DNA of 64,000 nt from Carpediemonas membranifera BICM. Its lineage: Eukaryota; Protista; Fornicata. Made by a program: the position numbers and the translations under genes. Location of the stretch: assembly GCA_019828565.1 (NCBI GenBank), contig JAHDYR010000062.1:171566-235565 (forward strand), in the 5' to 3' direction. Below the pieces are notes generated by a model, which was not told where the DNA came from, made no database searches, and worked only from the letters and a program-made list of their open reading frames with translations. Positions 50,101-63,817 of this stretch are shown piece by piece; the stretch's first letter is position 1; each line of letters starts with the position of its first letter.

Positions 50101-51108
50101 CCTGATACCAGTATGAACGACCCTTCGGCCTTCTCTTTGACGCTGTCCCTGTCTACATCCCATTCGATGGGCCCATCTTCCTTCGGCTTGAGGATCGCCG
50201 TCTCGATGTCCTTCTCAGATGGCCATCTTGCCATGCCAGTGAAGCCCGCTTTCAGCGTCTTGGGCTCCAGTGCCTGTGCCATGTCCTTTGCTTCCTCGTC
50301 TCTGGGGTTGAGCGCCTCTGTGAGCATGTAGAAAAGGTCGCGGGAGGCCGTGGATGCCGCATGGGTTCCTGAGGATGATGTCCTTGTTGTCAGTGACGCC
50401 GGTTGCGAAGAGGATGCGTCTGGCGTTCATGATTACTTCCTTTGCGTCCTTTGGAGTTCCTGCATTGAGCGACTTTCTCCTGTAAACTCTGCCTGTTCTA
50501 CGAAGAAGTAGAGTCCTTGAATCGTTCCTTTCAGCGAGGAAGCTGTCCAGTAGTTCCCTGATGTCCTCCCACCGCTTCTGCGTGGAATCCCTGATCCTTG
50601 TCGGTATTTCTACCTGCATTGTTGAGTGCAAAATTTCTCCCCTTTCCCAGTCCATAAACTGGGTCGGAATTTTTGGGTCCGGAAAGTCGGGCCACATGTA
50701 CATATCCGGGTGAGGTCTCCGTCCAGGCCTTCCAGTTTCTCCCATTGTCCATGCTCCGTACTATATAGGCCATTCTTTCAAAAAGGCGCGGTCCTAAAAA
50801 TGCGTCGCCCTTTTCTGAGTAGCGGGCCTTTCTGTGTAGTTGTTGTTGCTTTGTTCGTAGTCTCCTTTTTAGCCTCTATCGACGGCCCCTGTTTCCTTTT
50901 TGTGCTGCCCTTCCTTCCTTTGTGGTCTCTGACAAAAACCATGTAGCCGCCGGTGCTAGCACTGGCCCTCGACGGTTGTTTTCCTTTCCTTGTAAACATA
51001 CGTTCCATGAAGACACTTTGATTCCTTGGTATGGGCGTGGAGCTCCCACTCGCGCCCAGCGGTATGCCCTGGATAGCAACCCCTTGAATGTTCAGACAGG
51101 GAGGCCAA
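47192..51108 (-). CDS. ORF1 copy D (many apparent frameshifts)
   Basis: IDFEC at 49446-49460; CPYH...HCGLAD at 48826-48876. Confidence 0.7.
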
Positions 51109-51222
51109 GGCCGCTCCTTCTGAGCTCCATGGGGCACTGCCCTATCCATATAGGCCAGGCCTGTTGGTCCTTGTCCATCCATGATCGAAGTGTTTCCACT
51201 TTGCTGAAATCATTGGTGAACT

Positions 51223-54200
51223 GACTTCAAATGGCGAGTCGGACGCGACGGGCAGCGCGCTCCTGGAATCAGCAGAGCGATACTCACTCCACGTATTCCG
51301 GTAGCGCGCGGTCCGGCGCCCTCCGCCCGTCTTTCGATGCTCGGCCGACCCAACTCGACCCTCGTCTGATGCGACAGAGCAGGCGATTCCGGCCGAGCTC
51401 TGGAGATGAATAGTAGATGCATATGGTGCGTTTATTGACAGTGCGCTGCGTGCGTGCAGCGTGAGTGTGGGTGTCTATTCAGAGTCGAGATGTGACTCGA
51501 CTCCCCAAACGATGAGTCGGACGCGAATGGCAGCGCGCTCCTGGAATCAGCAGAGCGATACTCACTCCACGTATTCCGGTAGCGCGCGGTCTGGCGCTCC
51601 TCCGCCCGCCTCGATGTTTCCGGCCGACCCAACTCGACCCCTCGTCTGATGCGACAGAGCAGGCGATTCCGGCCGAGCTCTGGATCTGAATAGTAGATGC
51701 ATATGGTGCGTTTATTGACAGCAGCTGCGTGCGTGCAGCGTGAGTGTGGGTAGCCCATTCAGAGTCGAGATGTGACTCGACTCCCAAAACGATGAGTCGG
51801 ACGCGAACGGGCAGCGCGCTCCTGGAATCAGCAGAGCGATACTCACCCACGCAGTCCGGTAGCGCGGTCCGGCGCTCCTCCGCCCGCCTCGATGCTCTCG
51901 GCCGACCCAACTCGACCCTCGTCTGATGCGACAGAGCAGGCGATTCCGGCCGAGCTCTGGATCTGAATAGTAGATGCATATGGTGCGTTTACTGACAGCA
52001 GCTGCGTGCGTGCAGCGTGAGTGTGGGTGTCTATTCAGAGTCGAGATGCGACTCGACCCCCAAATGGCGAGTCGGACGCGACGGGCAGCGCGCTCCTGGA
52101 ATCAGCAGAGCGATACTCACCCACGCATTCCGGTAGCGCGCGGTCCGGCGCCTCCGCTCCGCTCTCGATGCTCGGCCGACCCAACTCGACCCTCGTCTGG
52201 ATGCGACAGAGCAGGCGACTCCGGCCGAGCTCTGGATCTGAATAGTAGACATACATGGTGCGTTTATTGACAGTGCGCTGCGTGCGTGCAGCGTGAGTGT
52301 GGGGTGTCTATTCAGAGTCGAGATGTGACTTGACCCCCAAATGGCGAGTCGGACGCGAACGGGCAGCGCGCTCCTGGAATCAGCAGAGCGATACTCACTC
52401 CACGTATTCCGGTATGCGCGGTCCGGCGCCCTCCGCCCGCCTCTCGATGCTCGGCCGACCCAACTCGACCCCTCGTCTGATGCGACAGAGCAGGCGATTC
52501 CGGCCGAGCTCTGGATCTGAATAGTAGATGCATATGGTGCGTTTATTGACAGTGCGCTGCGTGCGTGCAGCGTGAGTGTGGGTAAAAGTTCATTCAGAGT
52601 CGAGATGTGACTCGACTCCCCAAAACGATGAGTCGGACGCGAACGGGCAGCGCGCTCCTGGAATCAGCAGAGCGATACTCACTCCACGTAGTCCGGTAGC
52701 GCGCGGTCTGGCGCTCCTCCGCCCGCCTCGATGCTCGGCCGACCCAACTCGACCCTCGTCTGATGCGACAGAGCAGGCGATTCCGGCCGAGCTCTGGATC
52801 TGAATAGTAGATGCATATGGTGCGTTTATTGACAGTGCGCTGCGTGCGTGCAGCGTGAGTGTGGGTAGCTCATTCAGAGTCGAGATGTGACTCGACTCCT
52901 GTAAACGATGAGTCGGACGCGACCGGCAGCGCGCGCTCCTGGAATCAGCAGAGCGATACTCACTCCACGTATTCCGGTATGCGCGGTCCGGCGCTCCTCC
53001 GCCCGCCTCGATGCTCGGCCGACCCAATCCTCGACCCCTCGTCTGGATGCGACAGAGCAGGCGACTCCAGCCGAGCTCTGGAGATGAATAGTAGATGCAT
53101 ATGGTGCGTTTATTGACAGTGCGCTGCGTGCGTGCAGCGTGAGTGTGGGTGTTTATTCAGAGTCGAGATGTGACTCGACTCCCAAAACGATGAGTCGGAC
53201 GCGAACGGGCAGCGCGCTCCTGGAATCAGCAGAGCGATACTCACCCACGTAGTCCGGTAGCGCGCGGTCTGGCGCTCCTCCGCCCGTCTTCGATGCTCGG
53301 CCGACCCAACTCGACCCTCGTCTGGATGCGACAGAGCAGGCGATTCCGGCCGAGCTCTGGATCTGAATAGTAGATGCATATGGTGCGTTTATTGACAGTG
53401 CGCTGCGTGCGTGCAGCGTGAGTGTGGGTGTTCATTCAGAGTCGAGATGTGACTCGACTCCCTTAAATGGCGAGAGTCGGACGCGAACGGCAGCGCGCTC
53501 CTGGAATCAGCAGAGCGATACTCACTCCACGTATTCCGGTAGCGCGCGGTCCGGCGCCCTCCGCCCGCCTCGATGCTCGGCCGACCCAATCCCGACCCTC
53601 GTCTGGATGCGACAGAGCAGGCGATTCCGGCCGAGCTCTGGATCTGAATAGTAGATGCATATGGTGCGTTTACTGACAGTGCGCTGCGTGCGTGCAGCGT
53701 GAGTGTGGGGTGTTCATTCAGAGTCGAGATGTGACTCGACCCCCAAATGGCGAGTCGGACGCGAACGGGCAGCGCGCTCCTGGAATCAGCAGAGCGATAT
53801 TCACCCACGTATTCCGGTAGCGCGCGGTCCGGCGCCCTCCGCCCGCCTCGATGCTCGGCCGACCCAACTCGACCCCTCGTCTGGATGCGACAGAGCAGGC
53901 GACTCCGGCCGAGCTCTGGAGATGAATAGTAGATGCATATGGTGCGTTTATTGACAGTGCGCTGCGTGCGTGCAGCGTGAGTGTGGGTGTTCATTCAGAG
54001 TCGAGATGTGACTCGACTCCCAAAACGATGAGTCGGACGCGAACGGGCAGCGCGCTCCTGGAATCAGCAGAGCGATACTCACCCACGCAGTCCGGTAGCG
54101 CGCGGTCTGGCGCTCCTCCGCCCGCCTCGATGCTCGGCCGACCCAACTCGACCCTCGTCTGGATGCGACAGAGCAGGCGATTCCGGCCGAGCTCTGGAGA

Positions 54201-57200
54201 TGAATAGTAGATGCATATGGTGCGTTTATTGACAGCAGCTGCGTGCGTGCAGCGTGAGTGTGGGGTGTCTATTCAGAGTCGAGATGTGACTCGACTCCCC
54301 AAAACGATGAGTCGGACGCGAACGGCAGCGCGCTCCTGGAATCAGCAGAGCGATACTCACCCACGTATTCCGGTATGCGCGGTCCGGCGCCTCTCCGCCC
54401 GCCTCGGATGCTCGGCCGACCCAACTCGACCCTCGTCTGGATGCGACAGAGCAGGCGACTCCAGCCGAGCTCTGGAGATGAATAGTAGATGCATATGGTG
54501 CGTTTATTGACAGCAGCTGCGTGCGTGCAGCGTGAGTGTGGGTGTTTCATTCAGAGTCGAGATGTGACTCCGACTCCCAAAACGATGAGTCGGACGCGAA
54601 CGGGCAGCGCGCCCTGGAATCAGCAGAGCGATACTCACTCCACGTAGTCCGTAGCGCGGTCTGGCGCTCCTCCGCCCGCCTCGATGCTCGGCCGACCCAA
54701 CTCGACCCTCGTCTGATGCGACAGAGCAGGCGATTCCGGCCGAGCTCTGGATCTGAATAGTAGATGCATAGCGGTGCGTTTATTGACAGTGCGCTGCGTG
54801 CGCAGCGAGTGTGGGGTGTCTATTCAGAGTCGAGATGTGACTCGACCCCCAAATGGCGAGTCGGACGCGAACGGGCAGCGCGCTCCTGGAATCAGCAGAG
54901 CGATACTCACTCCACGTATTCCGGTAGCGCGCGGTCTGGTGCCCTCCGCCCGCCTCGCTGATGCTCGGCCGACCCAACTCGACCCCTCGTCTGATGCGAC
55001 AGAGCAGGCGATTCCGGCCGAGCCTGGATCTGAATAGTAGATGCATATGGTGCGTTTATTGACAGTGCGCTGCGCGTGCAGCGTGAGTGTGGGGGTGTTC
55101 ATTCAGAGTCGAGATGTGACTCGACTCTAAATGGCGAGTCGGACGCGAGCGGGCAGCGCGCTCCTGGAATCAGCAGAGCGATACTCACCCACGTATTCCG
55201 GTAGCGCGCGGTCCGGCGCCCTCCGCCCGCCTCGATGCTCGGCCGACCCAACTCGACCCCTCGTCTGGATGCGACAGAGCAGTGCTGATTCCGGCCGAGC
55301 TCTGGATCTGAATAGTAGATGCATATGGTGCGTTTATTGACAGTGCGCTGCGTGCGTGCAGCGTGAGTGTGGGTGTGTCTATTCAGAGTCGAGATGTGAC
55401 TCGACCCCCAAATGGCGAGTCGGACGCGAACGGGCAGCGCGCTCCTGGAATCAGCAGAGCGATATTCACTCCACGCATTCCGGTAGCGCGCGGTCCGGCG
55501 CCCTCCGCCTGCCTCGATGCTCGGCCGACCCAACCTCGACCCTCGTCTGGATGCGACAGAGCAGGCGACCCGGCCGAGCTCTGGAGATGAATAGTAGATG
55601 CATATGGTGCGTTTATTGACAGCAGCTGCGTGCGTGCAGCGTGAGTGTGGGTGTTCATTCAGAGTCGAGATGTGACTCGACTCCCAAAACGATGAGTCGG
55701 ACGCGAACGGGCAGCGCGCTCCTGGAATCAGCAGAGCGATACTCACTCCACGCAGTCCGGTAGCGCGCGGTCCGGCGCCCTCCGCCTCGCCTCGATGCTC
55801 GGCCGACCCAACTCGACCCTCGTCTGGATGCGACAGAGCAGGCGACTCCAGCCGAGCTCTGGATCTGAATAGTAGATGGCTATGGTGCGTTTACTGACAG
55901 TGCGCTGCGTGCGCAGCGTGAGTGTGGGTAAGCTCATTCAGAGTCGAGATGTGACTCGACTCCCAAAACGATGAGTCGGACGCGAACGGGCAGCGCGCTC
56001 CTGGAATCAGCAGAGCGATACTCACCCACGTAGTCCGGTAGCGCGCGGTCCGGCGCGCCTCCGCCTGCCTCTCGATGCTCGGCCGACCCAACTCGACCCT
56101 CGTCTGGATGCGCGACAGAGCAGGCGATTCCGGCCGAGCTCTGGATCTGGAATAGTAGATGCATATGGTGCGTTTATTGACAGTGCGCTGCGTGCGTGCA
56201 GCGTGAGTGTGGGTGTCTCATTCAGAGTCGAGATGTGACTCGACTCCCAAATGGCGAGTCGGACGCGACCGGCAGCGCGCTCCTGGAATCAGCAGAGCGA
56301 TACTCACTCCACGTATTCCGGTAGCGCGCGGTCCGGCGCCCTCCGCCCGCCTCGATGCTCGGCCGACCCAACTCGACCCTCGTCTGATGCGACAGAGCAG
56401 GCGACTCCGGCCGAGCTCTGGATCTGAATAGTAGATGCATACATGGTGCGTTTATTGACAGTGCGCTGCGTGCAGCGTGAGTGTGGGTGTTTCATTCAGA
56501 GTCGAGATGTGACTCGACCTCAGAAACGATGAGTCGGACGCGACGGGCAGCGCGCTCCTGGAAATCAGCAGAGCGATACCACTCCACGTAGTCCGGTAGC
56601 GCGGTCTGGCGCTCTCCGCCCGCCTCGATGCTCGGCCGACCCAACTCGACCCTCGTCTGGATGCGACAGAGAGCAGGCGATTCCGGCCGAGCTCTGGATC
56701 TGAATAGTAGATGCATATGGTGCGTTTATTGACAGTGCGCTGCGTGCGTGCAGCGTGTGAGTGGGGTGTTCATTCAGAGTCGAGATGTGACTCGACCCCC
56801 AAATGGCGAGTCGGACGCGAACGGGCAGCGCGCTCCTGGAATCAGCAGAGCGATACTCACCCACGTATTCCGGTAGCGCGGTCCGAGCGCCTCCGCCTGC
56901 CCTTTCGATGCTCGGCCGACCCAACTCGACCCTCGTCTGGATGCGACAGAGCAGGCGACTCCGGCCGAGCTCTGGAGATGAATAGTAGATGCATATGGTG
57001 CGTTTATTGACAGTGCGCTGCGTGCGTGCAGCGTGAGTGTGGTGTTTATTCAGAGTCGAGATGTGACTCGACTCAAAACGATGAGTCGGACGCGAACGGG
57101 CAGCGCGCTCCTGGAATCAGCAGAGCGATACTCACCCACGTAGTCTCGGTAGCGCGCGGTCCGGCGCCTCCGCCTGCCTTCGATGCTCGGCCGACCCAAC

Positions 57201-59017
57201 TCGACCCTCGTCTGATGCGACAGAGCAGGCGATTCCGGCCGAGCTCTGGATCTGAATAGTAGATGCATATGGTGCGTTTACTGACAGTGCGCTGCGTGCG
57301 TGCAGCGTGAGTGTGGGTGTTCATTCAGAGTCGAGATGTGACTCGACTCCAAATGGCGAGTCGGACGCGACCGGGCAGCGCGCTCCTGGAATCAGCAGAG
57401 CGATACTCACTCCACGTATTCCGGTAGCGCGGTCCGGCGCTCCTCCGCCCGCCTCGATGCGCTCGGCCGACCCAACTCGACCCCTCGTCTGGATGCGACA
57501 GAGCAGGCGACTCCGGCCGAGCTCTGGATCTGGAATAGTAGACATACATGGTGCGTTTATTGACAGTGCGCTGCGTGCGTGCAGCGTGAGTGTGGGTGTT
57601 CATTCAGAGTCGAGATGTGACTCGACCCCCAAATGGCGAGTCGGACGCGACGGCAGCGCGCTCCTGGAATCAGCAGAGCTGATACTCACCCACGTATTCC
57701 GGTAGCGCGGTCCGGCGCCTCCGCCCGCCTCGATGCTCGGCCGACCCAACTCGACCCTCGTCTGGATGCGACAGAGCAGGCGATTCCGGCCGAGCTCTGG
57801 ATCTGAATAGTAGACATACATGGTGCGTTTACTGACAGTGCGCGCTGCGTGCGCAGCGTGAGTGTGGGGTGTTCATTCAGAGTCGAGATGCGACTCAACC
57901 CCCAAAATGGCGAGTCGGACGCGACGGGCAGCGCGCCCTGGAATCAGCAGAGCGATACCACCCACGTATTCCGGTAGCGCGGTCCGGCGCCCTCCGCCCG
58001 CCCTCGATGCTCGGCCGACCCAACTCGACCCTCGTCTGGATGCGACAGAGCAGGCGACTCCGGGCCGAGCTCTGGATCTGAATAGTAGACATACATGGTG
58101 CGTTTATTGACAGTGCGCTGCGTGCGTGCAGCGTGAGTGTGGGGTGTTCATTCAGAGTCGAGATGTGACCTCAACCCCAAATGGCGAGTCGGACGCGAAT
58201 GGCAGCGCGCCCTGGAATCAGCAGAGCGATACTCACTCCACGTATTCCGGTAGCGCGCGGTCTGGCGCTCCTCCGCCCGCCTCGATGCTCGGCCGACCCA
58301 ACTCGACCCTCGTCTGATGCGACAGAGCAGGCGATTCCGGCCGAGCTCTGGATCTGAATAGTAGACATACATGGTGCGTTTATTGACAGTGCGCTGCGTG
58401 CGTGCAGCGTGAGTGTGGGGGTGTTCATTCAGAGTCGAGATGTGACTCGACCCCCAAATGGCGAGTCGGACGCGAACGGGCAGCGCGCTCCTGGAATCAG
58501 CAGAGCGATACTCACTCCACGTATTCCGGTAGCGCGCGGTCCGGCGCGCCCTCCGCCTGCCTCGATGCTCGGCCGACCCAACTCGACCCCTCGTCTGGAT
58601 GCGACAGAGCAGGCGATTCCGGCCGAGCTCTGGATCTGAATAGTAGACATACATGGTGCGTTTATTGACAGTGCGCTGCGTGCGTGCAGCGTGAGTGTGG
58701 GGTGTTCATTCAGAGTCGAGATGACTCAACCCCCTCAAATGGCGAGTCGGACGCGAACGGGCAGCGCGCTCCTGGAATCAGCAGAGCGATACTCACCCAC
58801 GTAGTCCGGTAGCGCGCGGTCCGGCGCCCTCCGCCCGCCCTCGATGCTCGGCCGACCCAACTCGACCCTCGTCTGATGCGACAGGAGCAGGCGATTCCGG
58901 CCGAGCTCTGGATCTGAATAGTAGACATACATGGTGCGTTTATTGACAGTGCGCTGCGCGTGCAGCGTGAGTGTGGGTGTTCATCAGAGTCGAGATGTGA
59001 CTCGACCTCAAAATGGC
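51223..59017. repeat. Tandem array 4: 28 units (noisy)
   Basis: Unit starts at 51223 ... 58728; partial unit 59004-59017. Confidence 0.98.
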
Positions 59018-59964
59018 AAAGAAAGAAATTTATGGTGCTTGGATTCTGGACCCCCGGACCGAGCTTGTTTCCCGCTGTCTTGAGCCGAGTGCTGTGCTCG
59101 CTCGTCCGCTCTCCCCGGGTGGCAAACTGGCTATCCTTCAGCAGCGTTTGCCTCGGCTTTCGGTGCGACTGCTCCGCGGAAACCGATTCTCCCACTGCTC
59201 CCAGAGGCCCCTGCGGCCATCTCCGTGCAAATATAAGCTCTCTCCTGCCTCCCTGAAAGTCTCGGCAACTATCCGGGGAGAGCCTGGGGGTCTGTCCTCG
59301 GGCATTGGACAGGCAGGATCGTCCTGCAGAATCCCTGACTCACAGACACTCTTGCTTCCCTCTGCAGTCCTTGTAGAGCTGTTCAGCCACGGCACCCTCT
59401 CGTCTGTCCGGGTTCCCCACCCATGCCCCTCGACTCCTGTTAAGAAGCCTACCCGCTAGTGCGGAAAGTGTGGACTCAAGTCCATGCTGTCTACCCTCGG
59501 TTAGGTGGCGTGGGTCAGCATGTGTGCGTACCCCCAGGCACTAGGCCCGGGTTGTCCTGTTACCCTACAACATTTCCCTGCTTGCACTCACATGTCCTTG
59601 GTTTCATAAGTCGTTAATCAGGCAGGCACCATCTGTGTCTCTCTCCTGACCTTTCGTGGCCAGTCCCTGCAGTTTCCCTCTCTCGAGTCCCAACGCGTGG
59701 TGCCCAACCATATGAATGATGGATTTCCTTTGACCTTATCCTTGTTCTGTCCTTGCGCTGTATGTCCTTTCTTTCTTATTTCTGGTCTGTCCTTCCTGTT
59801 ATTTCCTTTGCAGCCGTTCCCTTTTCCCTTTGCTTTTGTTCCTGGCTACCGATACGTGGGCCTTTCCTCACTGATCCCAGGAGCTAGCACCCAGCGAGGG
59901 TGGTCCATGGCTGATTCCTGTCCATCCCTTCCCGGTCCTGGAGTCAGGGGTTCATGACATGCTT

Positions 59965-62900
59965 CTATTCCACCTTTGAAGCTGTTGTAAACCTTTGCCA
60001 GTTCCCTGTAGTCCTGCCGTGAGGCCTTCCCAAAATGTCCTCCGAGCCCTATAATATTAGTTGCTGTAATTCTAGGATGGGTCTTTCCTGGTACCACCAT
60101 TCGCCCTCGCCCCTGCCTACTTCCCAAGTCCTTGCCTTTTGTGGCTTCGCTGCTGTCCACAGCTTTGTCCAAGCTTCTCTGTCTACTCGCCGGGCATTCA
60201 CAGACTATGTGCGCTGCCGATCCCAGCCTCCCCTGGCCCTCTGCCCACTCCCCTGATCATTTCCTGCTTCCTTGCTGGTCCTGGCTTCTACAATGATCCT
60301 GTAGAACAGGCTCACCTCCGACTCCTCCGAGCAGCATAGTCTGCTACACTTTCTCTCTTCAGGTCAGCGCCTTGGGCCAGCTCTGTGGATGGTCTCCCTA
60401 TAGGGCCCTCCCCTCTCTCTGCCGACGATGGGATGGCCGACATTGGCTGCAATGGATACCCTCTCTTCCATTCCGCCCTGCTTTTGCCCCTTCCAGCCTT
60501 TCGGTCTACTGTAGGCTTTCACCTTGCAGACACTTTGCTTTACCTCTTTGTCCCCATGACTTTTCCATTAGTCCCAGTGCCGTGCGAGCTTTTTGCACCG
60601 CTTCATCCACCCTCCTGATCGTTTCATGCCATAAATCCAGTAGTGCTGGCTTAGCTCCTCTGCGTGCCCTCCAGATGCTGCACTCTCCCCAGCTTCCTCA
60701 CATAACCGTGCCCCGCCCCATTCTCTGTTTCTGACTGGCTATCCTGGTCCCTGTAGTTGACTCATCCTTGACTGCCAGCTATTCCATGTGTGCCTGGAGG
60801 TCCACCCATCCATTCATCAGCCCTCATGGTTGCGCCCCTCCCGGTCCTTGTTCGCCATGATTCCCTGCCAGTCATTCCCAGATCCTTTTCTACCTCCCGG
60901 TGCGTTCTCCACACCTCGACCTGAAGAGGATCCTGGGCCATATATATTTCCAGTAGTAGCCTGCTCGCTAGTGCTGGCATGTTTGCCCCGGTCCACCCTG
61001 CCCATCTCAACTCAGTCTCTTGTACCTTTCGCTCTGCTTCCTGTTTCCGCCTCATGCAGGCCTCAGACAGAGGGTCCTTCCCACTCTGCGATCCGGCGCT
61101 AATCCCAGGTATCTCGCCTCCCCTTCTCTGGCAGGCAGTAGTGTGTTACCTCCCTCGATCCTGACTAGGGGCTGTTCTGGTCCACGTCTCAATCATCAGC
61201 ATCTCTTTCAAGGGCACTCCACATTTCATGCCTTCCTCTGATTATGTCCACCATTTATGCTGGCGACCATCTGGCTGTGCCCGGTTTGCTCCCTTGTGAC
61301 CGCAGTGTCATCCACACAAACATGGTAAGTGCTGCCGGTAGGTCGGTCGCTGAGGTGGCTCCGTAGGTCCTTGGCGGTTCTCTGATGTCGCACCGTTCTC
61401 CCTTTGATTTTCTTTCTGGCCAGGTGGGGCCAGTTAGCCATGAACAGCACACAAACAGTAAGTCGGTGCCAGTGTGACGCACCCTGCTTAACTCCCCTTG
61501 TTGGTTTCTTTCCCCATGCCTTTGCCCCCTTGACTGATATCCAAGGTTTCCTTATTGTGCCTGTTCGAATTGCCCTGATCAAGTGCTCCTCCACCTACAT
61601 ACCCTGTGAAGCTGATCCATGAGAATGTCCCCTGGTACCGTGTCATATGTCTTCTCGATGTCTCCAGAAAGATTGACGTGGTCTCTACCCTCCCGGTGCC
61701 GCTGCACAAATGTACTGTATCTGCTGGATGACGTCCCTGTCTGGACTGGAAACCAGCCTTGTTCTCTTCTTTGGTATGAACTCTTTTCTCGTTGCTGCTT
61801 CCAGACGCATCTTGAGCACTACCATAGACCCTGCACAGCAGTGGTGTCAAGGATATTGGTCTACATATGATTCCGGCTTCTGACCCCTTTGGCTTCCCTT
61901 TCTGTGTATGGCCGACCACTGTGGCATACCTACTTCCATGCTTTGCACGGCCGCTCCCTGTAGACCCTGCTGATGAGCCTCCCTGTCACTTCCCCTAAGG
62001 CCTTTCATCCAGCTCTCTCTCAGCATGTCTCCCAGGATGTGAGGTCAGGCCCTGGTGCGGTGTCCCTCCTGATCCTTTTGGATTGCGGCTTTGACCTCGC
62101 TTCTCCTTGAACTCATGCCTCCGTCCCTGCCCCTCCATGTCTCTCCAGGTGGGTTCCCTGCCTCTGCTGGACTCCCAGCATACTGTTGCAAGAGGGATCT
62201 CGCCTGATGGTCAGCCTTGTCCGTGGCTATCACCCGTCCCTGAGGAGGCTCTCCGGCACTCCCTTGTATTGTTGTCACACTACTCACCTTTCTGATGGTG
62301 TCGCACTCGAGGCCTCCCTTTGAGGCCCTATACTCTGCACTTCTGCTGATGTCGGCCACCCATTTGGCCCTGCGCTCTCCCTCTGCATTTCTCCTTCCAG
62401 CCTCTTCTTCATCCTCTTTCCTTCCCTGGTCCCAGTTTGCGCTCATTTCTGTCCATGTTCGCTGGAGTTCGCTCCACACCTGTTCCCGCGAACACTTTGT
62501 CCTTTGCCTTGCTCCCGTTGTTCACTTCACTGGTCGCCCATGCATTTGCGTCTCATAGTCTCTTCCATTGGTCCGAGCCTTGATCCTGCCCAGCTTTTGA
62601 GACCAGTGATCGGCCCCTCCTTTCTTTCTCATTTCATGGGCCAGGTGTGCACCTCGGATGCGCCAGAGCCACCGTCTCTGCCTCACTTCCTAGCGCAGTA
62701 CCGTTGTTCCTTCCATGTGCTAGAGTGATCTGCCATTGTGTGAGCTGAGCATCCCATACTCCCGACCTCCTGAGACTCTACTCACCCCACCCTCCCGCCC
62801 CCGGATTCCTGGTGCTGTCACTGCAGCCCGCCAACATGTTCCTGATGTGAGCGTCCCAGACTCTGCGTGACGAAGGGCTTTGAGCCTGTGCTTCCATCAT

Positions 62901-63536
62901 ATCCTTCCACCGGGTGGATCTTTTCCATCGGGCCTGGGTCGATGTGTTCCAGTCTCCCACACCATGGCCTCCCATGCTCCCTTTCATGTCCATGACCTTC
63001 GGCAGAGTGTCCCTGAATCCATCCTTCTCCCGCGTTTTGCTGTGGCAGCCGGGATGGAGGGCCATACATCGCTGATGACTAGTATGTCCTGCCGGTTTCC
63101 CCCTTTATTGCTGGCTTCTTGCACTCTTCCCGATAGGCTGTCTCGGGCTGTTATGCCGATGTCCCACTTGTGCCGTGTAGTGCGGTCACTATCGCGCTGA
63201 TGCTCTTCCTTTGTTCCCTTTCCCATCTTGGGCGCAGGTTCGCTGGCATGCTGCCTCGCTATGCCTAGTTGTTGTCGGCTGATGCGGTGCTGACTTTGAC
63301 ATCCGCCTTTCGTCGTTACAAGACCAGGTCCTCTTCCGTCTCCTCTCCCTGCTAGGTGGCCGGCGTCCACGAAGCAATGAACCCTCGTATTCGCCGTTCT
63401 CCCATGTCTCTTTGTGGCGAGTACCGCCTCTATAGTCCTCAACCTTAGCTGAACTGCTGCTGCCATAGACGCTGCAAGTCCTTTCCTCTTCCATGTGTCC
63501 TCTGTGTTCAGATTCAAGTATCTTGTAGGTTACCAT
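59965..63536 (-). CDS. ORF2 copy E (heavily error-broken)
   Basis: MVTYKIL start at 63536; RPISLTP, VDD and GDWN remnants. Confidence 0.75.
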
Positions 63537-63817
63537 TGCCTTTGTCCTACTTATCCTGGTGAATTCCAGAATTTGGGAGCAGCCTCGCCTCTATCCTTGT
63601 CCTAACAAGCCTAGATGCCGGTCTCTGCATCTCTTGTCAGGCCAACCTTGTTACCACCTGGTGACCTTCCATTCTTTCGGGCAGGGCATTCTAGGTGATC
63701 GATATGACGTGACTTTGGCTGCCAAGCTGCTACAGCTCACCGGCAGTACTGCTGGAATGCTGGCCCTGTGGGAGCCAGGGCTTTAAACAGCAAGCCGGCT
63801 CTTGAAAGAATACTGCT

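Larger units (their letters stand above)
42455..51222 (-). mobile_element. Full-length retrotransposon copy D (noisier sequence)
   Basis: Same termini and motif order as copies B and C. Confidence 0.93.
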
